Shown piece by piece: positions 28,393-37,979 of a stretch of DNA of 64,000 bases. The first letter of the stretch is position 1, and each line of letters begins with the position of its first letter. Source of the DNA: Kiritimatiellia bacterium (GTDB taxonomy: Bacteria; Verrucomicrobiota; Kiritimatiellia; JAAZAB01); assembly GCA_040767085.1 (NCBI GenBank), contig JAXGPF010000006.1:160001-224000 (forward strand), in the 5' to 3' direction. The notes beneath the pieces were generated by a model. That model had not been told where the DNA came from, made no database searches, and worked only from the letters and a program-made list of their open reading frames with translations. The position numbers and the translations under genes are program-made.

Positions 28393-29394
28393 TTACGTAC
28401 CGGAAGTTGGCTGTGGTATCATCGGGATTGATAGAGGGAAGCGAGCGTCGCGCAATGTAGCCTGCTGCAGCCCGCGCACCAGCAAATCAATGGCATGCAA
28501 CATTCGAACAGTCTGGCCCTTGATTTTGACTTCCAAGGCCAAAAGCTTGGCGGCTGCCGGTATCCAGGATTGCATGTCATAATGCAGGCCGCTGTATGCC
28601 AAATACTGGCGTAATTCCCGGTCTGCCCAAGGACGTAAGGGCTCCATGATATCGTCCGCCAGCGCAAATGAACCGGCACGGTTGCTGTGGTGCAGACCCA
28701 GCGCGGCAATAAAACCATGCACCGCCAGGCTCCGTAAAACCGCCGTCCGCAGCACCGCGTAGGCATAATCCAACATGCCGTTTATGCCTTGCCGGCTGCC
28801 GGGAACGCGTTTAGTTTCAGCCGAGGGCAATTGGCGGAAAAAACAATGCCAATATATGCGTGCAGCCCGTGATTCACAGGCATCTGGCGTTGCGACGTGC
28901 CTTCCGACTCGTTGTGATGGCGTAATTTTATCAATAGATACTCGCTGTTTCACGGAATCTGCTACCGGTGGGTTTTCACAGGTTTTGGCAATCAGCATTA
29001 ATTTGCCATGCGTCTCGCGGTCGTTTGCCAGTACCGCCGCCTGATTGTGTATCTTGGCCGCAATCAGTTGGCGCCACATACCGGTTTTCCATGTGTCAGT
29101 CCAAACAGTTTGGGCGCGGATGCATTCTGTATTGGTAGCCCGGTAATACGGCAAAGATATGGAGCATGGTTCGAAACGTTCGTTGCAAATTAACAGCGGG
29201 ATGTTCAATTCCGCCATTCGTCGCAACGCGCTGGCGGTAACCGATGTTTCCCGGGAGGCAACAATGACCGCGGCGACATCCGCCAACGGGATGGAGCGTA
29301 TTTCATCCTCGTCCGGCGCCTTTATCTGCAACTGGTCCAGTCGCAGTCTGACATGCAAATCAGGCTTTATCAGATGGATGATTCGGAAGCTCAT
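28393..29394 (-). CDS. cas1: CRISPR-associated endonuclease Cas1 (type II)
   Basis: AKIHNQ, ESRAARIYW, NGMLDYAYAVLR, LGLHH and LADDIMEPLRP motifs. Start MSFRII at 29394 (alternative 29403), overlapping the cas9 3' end. Confidence 0.96.
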   Translation of the reverse strand: MSFRIIHLIKPDLHVRLRLDQLQIKAPDEDEIRSIPLADVAAVIVASRETSVTASALRRMAELNIPLLICNERFEPCSISLPYYRATNTECIRAQTVWTDTWKTGMWRQLIAAKIHNQAAVLANDRETHGKLMLIAKTCENPPVADSVKQRVSIDKITPSQRVGRHVATPDACESRAARIYWHCFFRQLPSAETKRVPGSRQGINGMLDYAYAVLRTAVLRSLAVHGFIAALGLHHSNRAGSFALADDIMEPLRPWADRELRQYLAYSGLHYDMQSWIPAAAKLLALEVKIKGQTVRMLHAIDLLVRGLQQATLRDARFPLSIPMIPQPTSGT

Positions 29395-32300
29395 AACCGG
29401 CATGCTTGAAATACTGTTGCCAAGTTAGCTGCACTCCGTTCTCGGGGAATCCGGCCGCAACTAAACCATCCGCATCTCCGGAGAGGTGAACCGGTAGAAG
29501 CTGTATTTGGTTCTGCCTGGTGGATTTTATTATATATTTTCCAGCGGGTTTTCCAGTACCGGGCGAAGTGACCAAGTGCACAGTATCATTGACGCGCAAA
29601 ACATGATACGGGCGTTTATCCGGGGCAATGGGATGAATCATTATAGGCTGGTCTGATTTACCAAAGGGGATCAATACAGGCACAAGGCGTATGCTGTCAG
29701 CGGAAAGATGAATGCGGGCTTCACGATACCCGTCCCGTTTCACAAATGCTTTTATATCGGCATGAACGGGCATGACTGACCGATCATCTTTAACGGAAAC
29801 TAACTTGACGGTACGAATAGGGATAATTGGCCTTTCAGGCCATTTGAATTGTGGTGTAGTATTGGATTTTCTTGCTGCTTCGCGCCAGCGTTGGAAATGT
29901 GCAAAACATAGCTTTTCAATAAAATGGTCTGGTAGTTGTCCTTTATTTTTCTGCTTCTCATCCGCCGCGTTAGCGTCAGCGGTAAAATGCGACCAAGCTG
30001 TTATGAGGTATTCCCCGAGTTCCGGCGGATATACATCACGGAAATTCATGGGCTTTAATGTGTTCAGCTTTTCGCGGCACACATAGACGTTGGCGTCGCG
30101 CTTACCCAACAGGGTTGTGAAATAACCCGAACGATGGGGACGGCGTGAAGCATGATGTCGGATGTTAATTCGGGGTATTATCGCCTGGCAAATATCATGC
30201 ATCTGATTGGGACGGGGGAAGACCGGATTGGCGGCATGGCTTCGTCCGCGCTCATCCATGGTCCACCATCCGTGATTCTGGTTTTCGTCCATCGCCCCGA
30301 CGGTTCTGTGGGCCAGCCATGGCAACGTACAGGCTATGACCATGGCATCCAGCGCATGGTGACGCAAGTCTGCCCGGTTTTTGGTTTGGCACCTATTTTG
30401 TTCATCCGGAGTAAGGTCATCCCACCTTTGGCCTTCAGGAAGCGGATTCAATAGGTGATTTAACCCCCAAGCCTGCCGCAAACGACTGGTGATTTGGCCG
30501 TTGGTGACCTGGAAAGCGACGGAAGGCTTGTTTCCGGTTTCCATGGTTGGATCGCGACCTTCCTTGGAAATCCATCCCAGTTGAATCAATGTAATATGGC
30601 GTATGACACGCGCGATGTAGGCCGTGTGCTGCAAATCAGCTTTCTGCTCGATTAATTCCTCCGCATTCGGACTTAAAAACAGTTCGCGTTTTAGCCCTGT
30701 AAAGCGCGCGGCGGCATTTTTGGCAATGGCATTCCATTCTTCGGATTTTCCAAAGGCTTCAAAGGGCGTGCGATCCAATTGCAAGTTCCGGTTGCAATGG
30801 ATATGAGTGATGGTAAGGTTGTAGGACTCATTGCAATCTACGCGCGCGCGGGGGACAATATGAGCGATGTCAGCGGAATCGCCCAGCGCTGCACGGTTTA
30901 TCGTTTGCAGGCAAATCGGGCAAATCCCATGGGCTTCCTTCCATAAGCGATAGCGTAAAATTGCCTGGCGGGTGGGAAAAATTCCCTCGTCCGCCAGATC
31001 GTTGCGGGCTTGCTCGCGTTCGGCGCGATATTGTTCGTTTTGTTTGTTTAATTTTTGCTTGGCTTTCCGGCCCAAAGCCAGGCTGCGCACGGCCTCGACA
31101 ATTATGAAATCAGGCTTGCCGTGTTTTGAGACAAGCTGCAATAAAAGACGATTATACAAACCAAGACGATGCCGCACTAATGGATGGCGGATCTCTGCCA
31201 TATAACGATTCAAGGCGGCCTCGCGTGTCTCATGCGGCCGGCGCAACAGTGGTTGGGACGGAATAATTTGTCGTCCCGCATTGATTTCGCTTTTTATGAA
31301 ATCCAGGGTGGGCGATGCGAACCGCGCTCGGCCGGCTGTGGAATCTGGCGTTAATGGTTTCTGATCTTCTATCAATATAAATTTATCGCTGAAAGGGCGG
31401 GACAGCTTTTTCAGCCGACCCAGCGTTACCTTGCCATGGCGATCCCACTCCTGCTGCAAGGTTGCGACAAACTCAGGAAAATGGATGCGCGGATCAAGAT
31501 GCCGGCTGGTGGCCGGATCTAAAACGCGAAAATTCATTAACGCCAATACCCATTGGGCGCTCCGAAATTGTGCCTTGTTCTTGCGCGCAACATGTAACGG
31601 CCGGCCCTGTTCATCATAAGGTTTATAGGCGTCCAATGCCGGCCCGCGATTGTCAAAACGCGGCCAGCGCAATCCCAAAATCCCGGGATTGCGCGATTCA
31701 CCAGCGCGAAAATAAACATGATACTCCTTTCCGTTCCTCGATTTAACCTGGGTATCGCCGTATAAAAGCCAATTGGCTTTCCCCGATAATTGCGGATAAC
31801 ATTTTTTTTGCGCTTCAACAATCGCGCGAAATTCTTCCTCAAGTTTTTCCCTCGGCCAGTAAATCTGGCGGCCCCATTTTCCGGCGGGATGGCGTCCGAC
31901 CTCCTGTCTTCGCATGGAAAGCAATTGACAGGGGTAAAGGCATCCCCTGGTTGCCATTTCTTGCACAATCGCGAGAACTTTTGCTTTGACATCGCCCTCT
32001 GCGTCTTGATTGCCTTTTTTGCTGCTTTCAAGATTGTTCGCCCAAGGTACTTCAGTGTATCCACGACGTTTGAAAAGGTGGGTTAATGCGCAATGTAGTT
32101 CTCCTGGAGCGAGTTTTTCGCCGGCTATAGCGCGAGTTCTGAGTGTGATTGGATCATCTGGCATAATAGCGGGACGCGTTAACCCGAGACGAACCAATTC
32201 GCTGGCAAACCATTCCTGGCGATGTTTCCTGCTACGCAGTGTACGGCGTTGTTGTCGGAAAAGCCGGCGCTGTTTTAAATCCGACGTTTCGCTTGGGCAA

Positions 32301-32425
32301 ATCAGAACACCTGAATCCAAAATATTACTCCCACGGCGTACTGCCCAACCAATTGAGCCGGTTCCAACATCAAATCCAAATACTAAACCTTCGGCAAATG
32401 AGTTCAGTTGACGCGAGGGGTTCAC
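29360..32425 (-). CDS. cas9: Type II-C CRISPR effector Cas9, 1021 aa
   Basis: RuvC-I GFDVGTGSIGWAV, Arg-rich bridge helix, RuvC-II IIVEAVR, HNH CPIC...DIAHIVP...N...HCN, RuvC-III HHALDA. AGGAG RBS before the GTG start. No csn2 or cas4 in the locus. Confidence 0.97.
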   Translation of the reverse strand: MNPSRQLNSFAEGLVFGFDVGTGSIGWAVRRGSNILDSGVLICPSETSDLKQRRLFRQQRRTLRSRKHRQEWFASELVRLGLTRPAIMPDDPITLRTRAIAGEKLAPGELHCALTHLFKRRGYTEVPWANNLESSKKGNQDAEGDVKAKVLAIVQEMATRGCLYPCQLLSMRRQEVGRHPAGKWGRQIYWPREKLEEEFRAIVEAQKKCYPQLSGKANWLLYGDTQVKSRNGKEYHVYFRAGESRNPGILGLRWPRFDNRGPALDAYKPYDEQGRPLHVARKNKAQFRSAQWVLALMNFRVLDPATSRHLDPRIHFPEFVATLQQEWDRHGKVTLGRLKKLSRPFSDKFILIEDQKPLTPDSTAGRARFASPTLDFIKSEINAGRQIIPSQPLLRRPHETREAALNRYMAEIRHPLVRHRLGLYNRLLLQLVSKHGKPDFIIVEAVRSLALGRKAKQKLNKQNEQYRAEREQARNDLADEGIFPTRQAILRYRLWKEAHGICPICLQTINRAALGDSADIAHIVPRARVDCNESYNLTITHIHCNRNLQLDRTPFEAFGKSEEWNAIAKNAAARFTGLKRELFLSPNAEELIEQKADLQHTAYIARVIRHITLIQLGWISKEGRDPTMETGNKPSVAFQVTNGQITSRLRQAWGLNHLLNPLPEGQRWDDLTPDEQNRCQTKNRADLRHHALDAMVIACTLPWLAHRTVGAMDENQNHGWWTMDERGRSHAANPVFPRPNQMHDICQAIIPRINIRHHASRRPHRSGYFTTLLGKRDANVYVCREKLNTLKPMNFRDVYPPELGEYLITAWSHFTADANAADEKQKNKGQLPDHFIEKLCFAHFQRWREAARKSNTTPQFKWPERPIIPIRTVKLVSVKDDRSVMPVHADIKAFVKRDGYREARIHLSADSIRLVPVLIPFGKSDQPIMIHPIAPDKRPYHVLRVNDTVHLVTSPGTGKPAGKYIIKSTRQNQIQLLPVHLSGDADGLVAAGFPENGVQLTWQQYFKHAGYELPNHPSDKA

Positions 32426-32471
32426 TTTGAATACTCCTGTATCGTATTAAGTACGCGGGGAACTTTTTAAA

Positions 32472-32500
32472 ATGATATGCCATAATTTACAAGATGCCAA
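32472..32500 (-). promoter_or_regulatory. Candidate cas operon promoter
   Basis: TTGGCA-17 bp-TATCAT in AT-rich DNA upstream of cas9. Confidence 0.45.
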
Positions 32501-32943
32501 GGAAAAACGAAAAAAACATGGGCACGGGACATTATTATTGATAAACGTTATATTTTAGTAACAGAATTATTTTTTTATTGCATATAAACATATCTCTTGT
32601 GGATATATTCCGCAACATTCCCGGTAATTCCGGCGGGGTGCTGCCAGCACCCAAGCCGGAATTGATGCGCCGCGTGTTGAATTCCGTTGCCCGAATGGAT
32701 TTGAAAAAGCAAGGTAAGTTTTGGGTGAATGCGGGTGCGCCGCGCGCCAAACGCCCTAAAATCACCGCCGCCTTTTTCAAACGGAATGCACCACGCGCGT
32801 CAATAAGCATTGGCGCATCAAAGGATTTGCCTTACACCCAAGAACATATCTGGATTTTGCGCCGCGAAGGTCTGGCACGGGGCCAAATGGCAATGGTGAC
32901 GTAGTACGCTGATGCATTAAGCGCTGGCCTACGCCGCCACGCG

Positions 32944-34185
32944 TCAAAGATCTGCCGCCATGGTTTTAACGCGCTTTTTTTCCATCAGGCGCATGGCCCA
33001 GAAAAAATTGCGGCCGATATGGAAGCAGTTTTTCCGGCTGGTGCCCTTGGCGCGGTTGACGGGCCGGCCGGCGCGGTCCAACAAGGCATACCATTCGCCG
33101 TATTCTGGATCGGCGAAATGTTCGAAGCTGTAGGCGTGGGTTTGCCGGTAGGCTTCCCAGTACCAGACGTCGCCGGACGCCCGATAAGCCAGCAGCAGTC
33201 CATAAAGCGCTTCCGCATGCTGCCACCAGAGTTTGGCATCGGCCAACAAAGCCCCGGCGCCGGGAATGGGCAAGCCGGCGGCATCCACGTCATTGAATAT
33301 TCCGCCGTATTCCTTGTCCCACCCCCATTCGAATCCCCAGCGAATCCAGTCCAGTCCGGCGTTTTTCAGGATTTGATCATGGCGATGCCAGGCTTCATGG
33401 ATCAAGAAAATACCGCCTTCGATCATGTGGCCTGGATTGACCCAGCGCCCCATCCAGCCCGGCGCCAGCGCGCCATCGTCCCAACCCACCGTTTCCAGCA
33501 CCAGCCGGCGGTCGGGTTTTTGATGGAATTGCAGCATGTATTTGATGCACGCATCTGTCCGCGGACGGTCGGCCGGCTCCTCCCGGAAAAGGCGCAATTG
33601 CTGCAGCACATTCAAGACGATCATCGCATGGCCGTGCCGCCGCATCTTGTAAGTGCGCGGATCCCAGCCGCCGTTGCGCTGGCGGTCATCGGCATCCGTG
33701 ACGAAGCGCCAGCACACTTCAAACAAATCGCGGGCGATCCGGTATAATTTTTCGTCCGCGGTGGCACGGGCATACTCCGTAAAAGCCAGCACGGAGGAAA
33801 GCTCCGTGTAGATGTTCGCCGGCGCCTCCAATGGCGCGCCGGCGCGGGCGAGGGAATAATACATCCGGCCGGCCGGGGTAAATCCGTGCTTGAGCATGAA
33901 ATCAATTCCGGCGCGCGCCGCGGCCAGCCATTCCGGGCGGCGTTCCAGTTCGTTGTACAGGTGGGCCATGGTCCAGGCAATGCGCCCCTGGGCCCACATG
34001 CAGGGCTTGGAGTCATCGTAAACCGCGCCATCGCGATTCAGGCAGGTGTAGTAGCCGCCGGCCCCGGCATCCGGCGCAAATTTGATCCAGAACGGCAGAA
34101 TGTTTTCCAGCAATTCCCGCCGGTAGAAGGCCGCCAGATCGTTCATTTCGATTCGGGTTGGCATGGCTGGATTCGGGGCCATCAT
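32944..34185 (-). CDS. N-acylglucosamine 2-epimerase (AGE) family protein
   Basis: ILPFW...GGYYTCLNRDG...WAQGR...NPGHMIE...GWDKEYGG...KLWWQHAEA...FHIGR. Start uncertain (34146-34185). Confidence 0.92.
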   Translation of the reverse strand: MMAPNPAMPTRIEMNDLAAFYRRELLENILPFWIKFAPDAGAGGYYTCLNRDGAVYDDSKPCMWAQGRIAWTMAHLYNELERRPEWLAAARAGIDFMLKHGFTPAGRMYYSLARAGAPLEAPANIYTELSSVLAFTEYARATADEKLYRIARDLFEVCWRFVTDADDRQRNGGWDPRTYKMRRHGHAMIVLNVLQQLRLFREEPADRPRTDACIKYMLQFHQKPDRRLVLETVGWDDGALAPGWMGRWVNPGHMIEGGIFLIHEAWHRHDQILKNAGLDWIRWGFEWGWDKEYGGIFNDVDAAGLPIPGAGALLADAKLWWQHAEALYGLLLAYRASGDVWYWEAYRQTHAYSFEHFADPEYGEWYALLDRAGRPVNRAKGTSRKNCFHIGRNFFWAMRLMEKKRVKTMAADL

Positions 34186-34402
34186 AAAAACCCCCGAATC
34201 CGTGATGGGGTTTTCACAAGATTTCCTAATACAAAGACTTATGAATTTTGATATAGCGCCAAAAAGAAAGACAGACCATGATTCCAAAAAGGCCGCCCTT
34301 TAGGTGAGGCCATTCTGCCGCATCTGCTTTGTTGGCAAGGGTTCCATGTATAAGCATACACCATCACCCTTGCCGCCGCGCATCCGCGGCATACTGACCT
34401 CA

Positions 34403-35167
34403 TCACGGATTCAGGAATTCGTAATGCATCAGGCTGAGACCGTAAAGCGCAGCCGTCTCCACCCGCAGGACCGCCCCGCCGAAGCTCACGGGAATGCCGC
34501 CGGCGGCGGTCAGCAGGGCAATTTCCGCCGGCGCCAGGTCGCCTTCCGGACCGATCACGATCATCAACGCCGCGCCGGGCGGCGCGGGGCGGGCCGCGGC
34601 CGCCGCCGCCCGAAATGGCGCCGCGCCGGGCGTCAACGCCCCGATGAAACAGCGGTGGCAGGCGCGGATTTCGGAGGATAAAGCCGGGAAGGCCGCGGGC
34701 GCGCGCACTTCGGGAATCCAGTCGGTACCGCATTGCCGGGCGGCCTCGCGGGCGATTTTACGCCAGCGTTCGGCCTTGGCCGACTGGCGCGCGGCATCGC
34801 CGGCGGCCACCACGCGTTCCGTCAACAGCGGCCAGACGGCGGCGGCGCCCAATTCCACCGCCTTCTGCACAATGCCATCCATCAAGTTATGCTTGGGCAA
34901 GGCCTGCGCCAGGATGATCCGGACGGGCGGCGGCGATTGCGTTTCCGCCGCCGCAAGGTCCAGGCGCAGGCAGGCCAGGCCGCCGCGGGCGGCGGCGATC
35001 AGGCGCGCCGGGGCGCGTCGGCCGCAACCGTCAAACACGGTCACCGGATCGCCGGGCCGGCTGCGCAACACACGCAAGAGGTGGCGCGATTCTTCCGGCG
35101 CCAGCGGCGCTTCGGCCGACCAGGCGTCCGCCGCCAGAAAACAGCGCGGGGGTGGATGGGTATGCAT
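34403..35167 (-). CDS. rsmE: 16S rRNA m3U1498 methyltransferase
   Basis: HLLRVLR, QKAVELG, EAARQC, IGPEGD and LRVETAA motifs. Confidence 0.96.
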   Translation of the reverse strand: MHTHPPPRCFLAADAWSAEAPLAPEESRHLLRVLRSRPGDPVTVFDGCGRRAPARLIAAARGGLACLRLDLAAAETQSPPPVRIILAQALPKHNLMDGIVQKAVELGAAAVWPLLTERVVAAGDAARQSAKAERWRKIAREAARQCGTDWIPEVRAPAAFPALSSEIRACHRCFIGALTPGAAPFRAAAAAARPAPPGAALMIVIGPEGDLAPAEIALLTAAGGIPVSFGGAVLRVETAALYGLSLMHYEFLNP

Positions 35168-35180
35168 ATCTTGTGAGTTG

Positions 35181-35322
35181 CTTTCAAAAGCCAGATTTTG
35201 AAAGCAGCATTCAGTAGACAGCAGTCAGTGGTCAGAATAAAGAAGTGTTCGGGATTCGGTGTTCAGTGTTCGGTGTTCGGTTATCCTGAATTCTGAATTC
35301 TTTCAAAACGTGAGTTTTGAAA
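35181..35322. repeat. Two TTTCAAAA/TTTTGAAA palindromes flanking 7-nt periodic repeats
   Basis: CTTTCAAAA-GCCAGA-TTTTGAAAG (35181-35204) and TTTCAAAAC-GTGA-GTTTTGAAA (35301-35322). Between them are CAGTAGA/CAGCAGT, GTGTTCG and TTCTGAA heptamer runs. Confidence 0.75.
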
Positions 35323-35359
35323 TTGGTTCTGCCATTTGGCAAGATCAACCCTGCCGGCG

Positions 35360-36538
35360 TCAGCCATGTTGGGCGCTGTCCGCAAACGCCCGGGCTTTCT
35401 TCTGAAATTGGGCGATTTCAGGATAATTATTCTCGTTGCAGGTGTCTAAAAATTCCTTCAGGCGCTTTTTCTGGGTGCTGGAGAGGTTCTTGGGAACTTC
35501 CAGGTAAACACGGGCGTGCAGGTCGCCGCGGCCATGCTCGCCCAAAAGCGGCATGCCTTTGCCGCGCAGCCGGAACACCCGGCCGCTTTCGGTGCCGGGA
35601 TTGATCCGGAGCCTGGCCATACCTTCCAAGGTCGGCACGGATACCTCGCCGCCGGTCAACGCCGCTTCCAGCGGCATGGGCACCTCGCAAAACAAGTCCG
35701 CGCCCTGGCGCTGGAAAATATTATGCGGACGCACATGCAGCACGACGTACAAATCGCCGGACGGGCCGCCCCGCATCCCGCCTTCGCCCTTCCCCGCCAG
35801 CCGCAGGCGCGACCCGGTTTCCACTCCGGCCGGAATTTTCAAGGTCAGCCGCCGGCGGGTTTTCTCCAGGCCGGTGCCGCCGCATTGCACGCAGGGATGG
35901 GTGATAATCTCGCCTTTGCCGTTGCAGGATGGGCAATCCTGCTGCACGCGGAAAAATCCGCTGGCAGCGACGATCACGCCGCTTCCACGGCAATGGCGGC
36001 AAACTTCTTTTTTCCGGCCCGGCTCGGAACCGGTGCCGCGGCAGGCGCGGCATTCTTCCGTAGCCGGCAGCGTAATCTCCTGCTCGGCGCCGAAAGCCGC
36101 TTCTTCAAAACCGATTTCGAGATCGAACCGCAGGTCGGCGCCGCGCGCCGGCCGGGTGCCGCCCGGGCCGGAACGCCGGCTGCCGCCGGTGCGGCCGAAG
36201 AATTCGTCGAAAATGCCGCCGCCGCCGAACAGGTCACCGAAAATATCCTGCAAATCGGAGACATGCGTGAAATCCCGCGAAAAATCGAATCCGCCGGGGC
36301 CGAACGCGGACTTCAAGCCATCATGGCCGTACTGATCGTACTGGCGGCGTTTCTGCTCGTCGCTCAGCACTTCGTAGGCTTCGGAGACTTCCTTGAATTT
36401 TTCCTCCGCCTCCTTGTTCCCGGCGTTTTTGTCGGGGTGATATTTCATCGCCAGGCGGCGATAAGCCTTCTTGATATCGTCTGACGGGGCATTGCGCGCA
36501 ACGCCCAGCACCTCGTAATAATCCCGTTTCCCAGCCAC
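35360..36538 (-). CDS. dnaJ: Chaperone DnaJ
   Basis: J domain with HPD, G/F-rich region and four CxxCxGxG repeats. Confidence 0.99.
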   Translation of the reverse strand: MAGKRDYYEVLGVARNAPSDDIKKAYRRLAMKYHPDKNAGNKEAEEKFKEVSEAYEVLSDEQKRRQYDQYGHDGLKSAFGPGGFDFSRDFTHVSDLQDIFGDLFGGGGIFDEFFGRTGGSRRSGPGGTRPARGADLRFDLEIGFEEAAFGAEQEITLPATEECRACRGTGSEPGRKKEVCRHCRGSGVIVAASGFFRVQQDCPSCNGKGEIITHPCVQCGGTGLEKTRRRLTLKIPAGVETGSRLRLAGKGEGGMRGGPSGDLYVVLHVRPHNIFQRQGADLFCEVPMPLEAALTGGEVSVPTLEGMARLRINPGTESGRVFRLRGKGMPLLGEHGRGDLHARVYLEVPKNLSSTQKKRLKEFLDTCNENNYPEIAQFQKKARAFADSAQHG

Positions 36539-36541
36539 GCT

Positions 36542-37975
36542 TTACTCCTCCCGATGTAACACCAGCAAAGTCATATCATCGTATTGCGGCACGTCCCGCA
36601 CAAAATCCAACAGGCTGGCCCGCACGGCCGTCACCATCTCCGCGGCCGCGCCGGCCGCGCTGCGCACCGCCGCCTGCTCCAGATTGGATTCGCCCCATTC
36701 CTCACGCCGGCTGTTGATAGCCTCCACGACGCCGTCGGTATAAGCCAGCAGGGTATCGCCCGGCCGCAACTGGAATTCGGCCTCCTCCAGGCAGGTATTG
36801 AAAGTCTCGATATCCGCCAGCCCGACGGCAATGCCGGGCGCGTCCAGCGTCTCGGCCCGCGGGGCGCCGGACCGGACCAGCAAGGGGCGCGGATGGCCGG
36901 CCCGCGCCATGGTCACCGTGTAATCCCGCGTGTCCATGACCAGGTAAAGCATGCTGATAAACATGTCCTCCTGGATATCCTCCGAAATCACCCTGTTGAC
37001 CGCCTGCAAGACCTGTGCCGGATGCAGACAGCCGGGGGCATTGGACCGGAACACGCTCCGGCAGATGGACATGAAAATCGCCCCGGCCACACCCTTGCCG
37101 GAAACATCCGCGATCACCATGCCAGCGTGGTGCTCGTCCACTTGAACAAAATCATAGTAATCCCCGCCAACCTCCCGCGCCGGCAGGCTGAAGGCGGCGC
37201 AATCCATGCCGGCAATCGCGGGAATCTTCGCCGGGAGCAGGTTTTTCTGGATCTTGCGGGAAACCTGCAAATCGGCATCCTGCACGCGTTTCTTGTCCAA
37301 CTCGGCATTAAACCTGGCGAAGTACACCGTAATGGACGCCTGGTCGGCCAGCGCCTGCAAAAGGTTCAAGTCTGACTGGATGAAAGGGGTGTCGTCAATC
37401 CGGTTGACCAGCGCCAAAACTCCCAGGACCGACCGCTTAAACCGCATGGGCACCAGCAACAATGTGCGAATCTGCAGCATGGGATTATCGAAGTGCGGCA
37501 CCCGTGCATCGCGTTCGGCGTCGGAAATCAGCAACGGCAGGTTATGCGCCGCAACCTTGCCGATCAAGCCCTCGCCCATGACCGCGCGGCGTTCCCGCAC
37601 CAGCGCCTCCAACCGGCCGGCATCCAGCGCGGCGGGCATGGCCAGCACATCGCCCGCTTCCGCCAGCGGAGGGAACAAGCCGGAGATCGCCCGCACGCCC
37701 AGCACGCCTTCGCCCGGCTCCAGGAAATACACTGCGCCGGCCCGCGCCTTGGCGGCTTGCTGCGCGTAAAACAGGATGCGGCGCAGGAGGGTGTCGATCT
37801 GCGCGTCGGCGCTCTCGGTAAACACCTCGCTGACGTCATGCACGAAATTGTAAATGACGTCTTTCTCGTTCAGCAGGCTGTCCCGTTCAAGGCGCAGGCG
37901 GCGCAAGCGCCAGAGGCACAAGGCCGCCAACACCACGAACGACCAGCAAATCCAATGATTGGCGAGAAAACCCAT
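36542..37975 (-). CDS. GAF + SpoIIE/PP2C phosphatase (RsbU-like)
   Basis: N-terminal TM helix; GAF domain; VGGDYYD, IADVSGKG, RAGH, YTDGVVE and DDMT motifs. Confidence 0.93.
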   Translation of the reverse strand: MGFLANHWICWSFVVLAALCLWRLRRLRLERDSLLNEKDVIYNFVHDVSEVFTESADAQIDTLLRRILFYAQQAAKARAGAVYFLEPGEGVLGVRAISGLFPPLAEAGDVLAMPAALDAGRLEALVRERRAVMGEGLIGKVAAHNLPLLISDAERDARVPHFDNPMLQIRTLLLVPMRFKRSVLGVLALVNRIDDTPFIQSDLNLLQALADQASITVYFARFNAELDKKRVQDADLQVSRKIQKNLLPAKIPAIAGMDCAAFSLPAREVGGDYYDFVQVDEHHAGMVIADVSGKGVAGAIFMSICRSVFRSNAPGCLHPAQVLQAVNRVISEDIQEDMFISMLYLVMDTRDYTVTMARAGHPRPLLVRSGAPRAETLDAPGIAVGLADIETFNTCLEEAEFQLRPGDTLLAYTDGVVEAINSRREEWGESNLEQAAVRSAAGAAAEMVTAVRASLLDFVRDVPQYDDMTLLVLHREE

Positions 37976-37979
37976 GCTG

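Noticed and set aside
28037-32425. Type II-A or II-B assignment
   Set aside because: No csn2 or cas4 between cas2 and the array; that space holds the tracrRNA.
32535-32904. Small ORFs upstream of cas9 (possible accessory or anti-CRISPR gene)
   Set aside because: Two overlapping opposite-strand ORFs with no RBS or motif recognised; neither can be supported.
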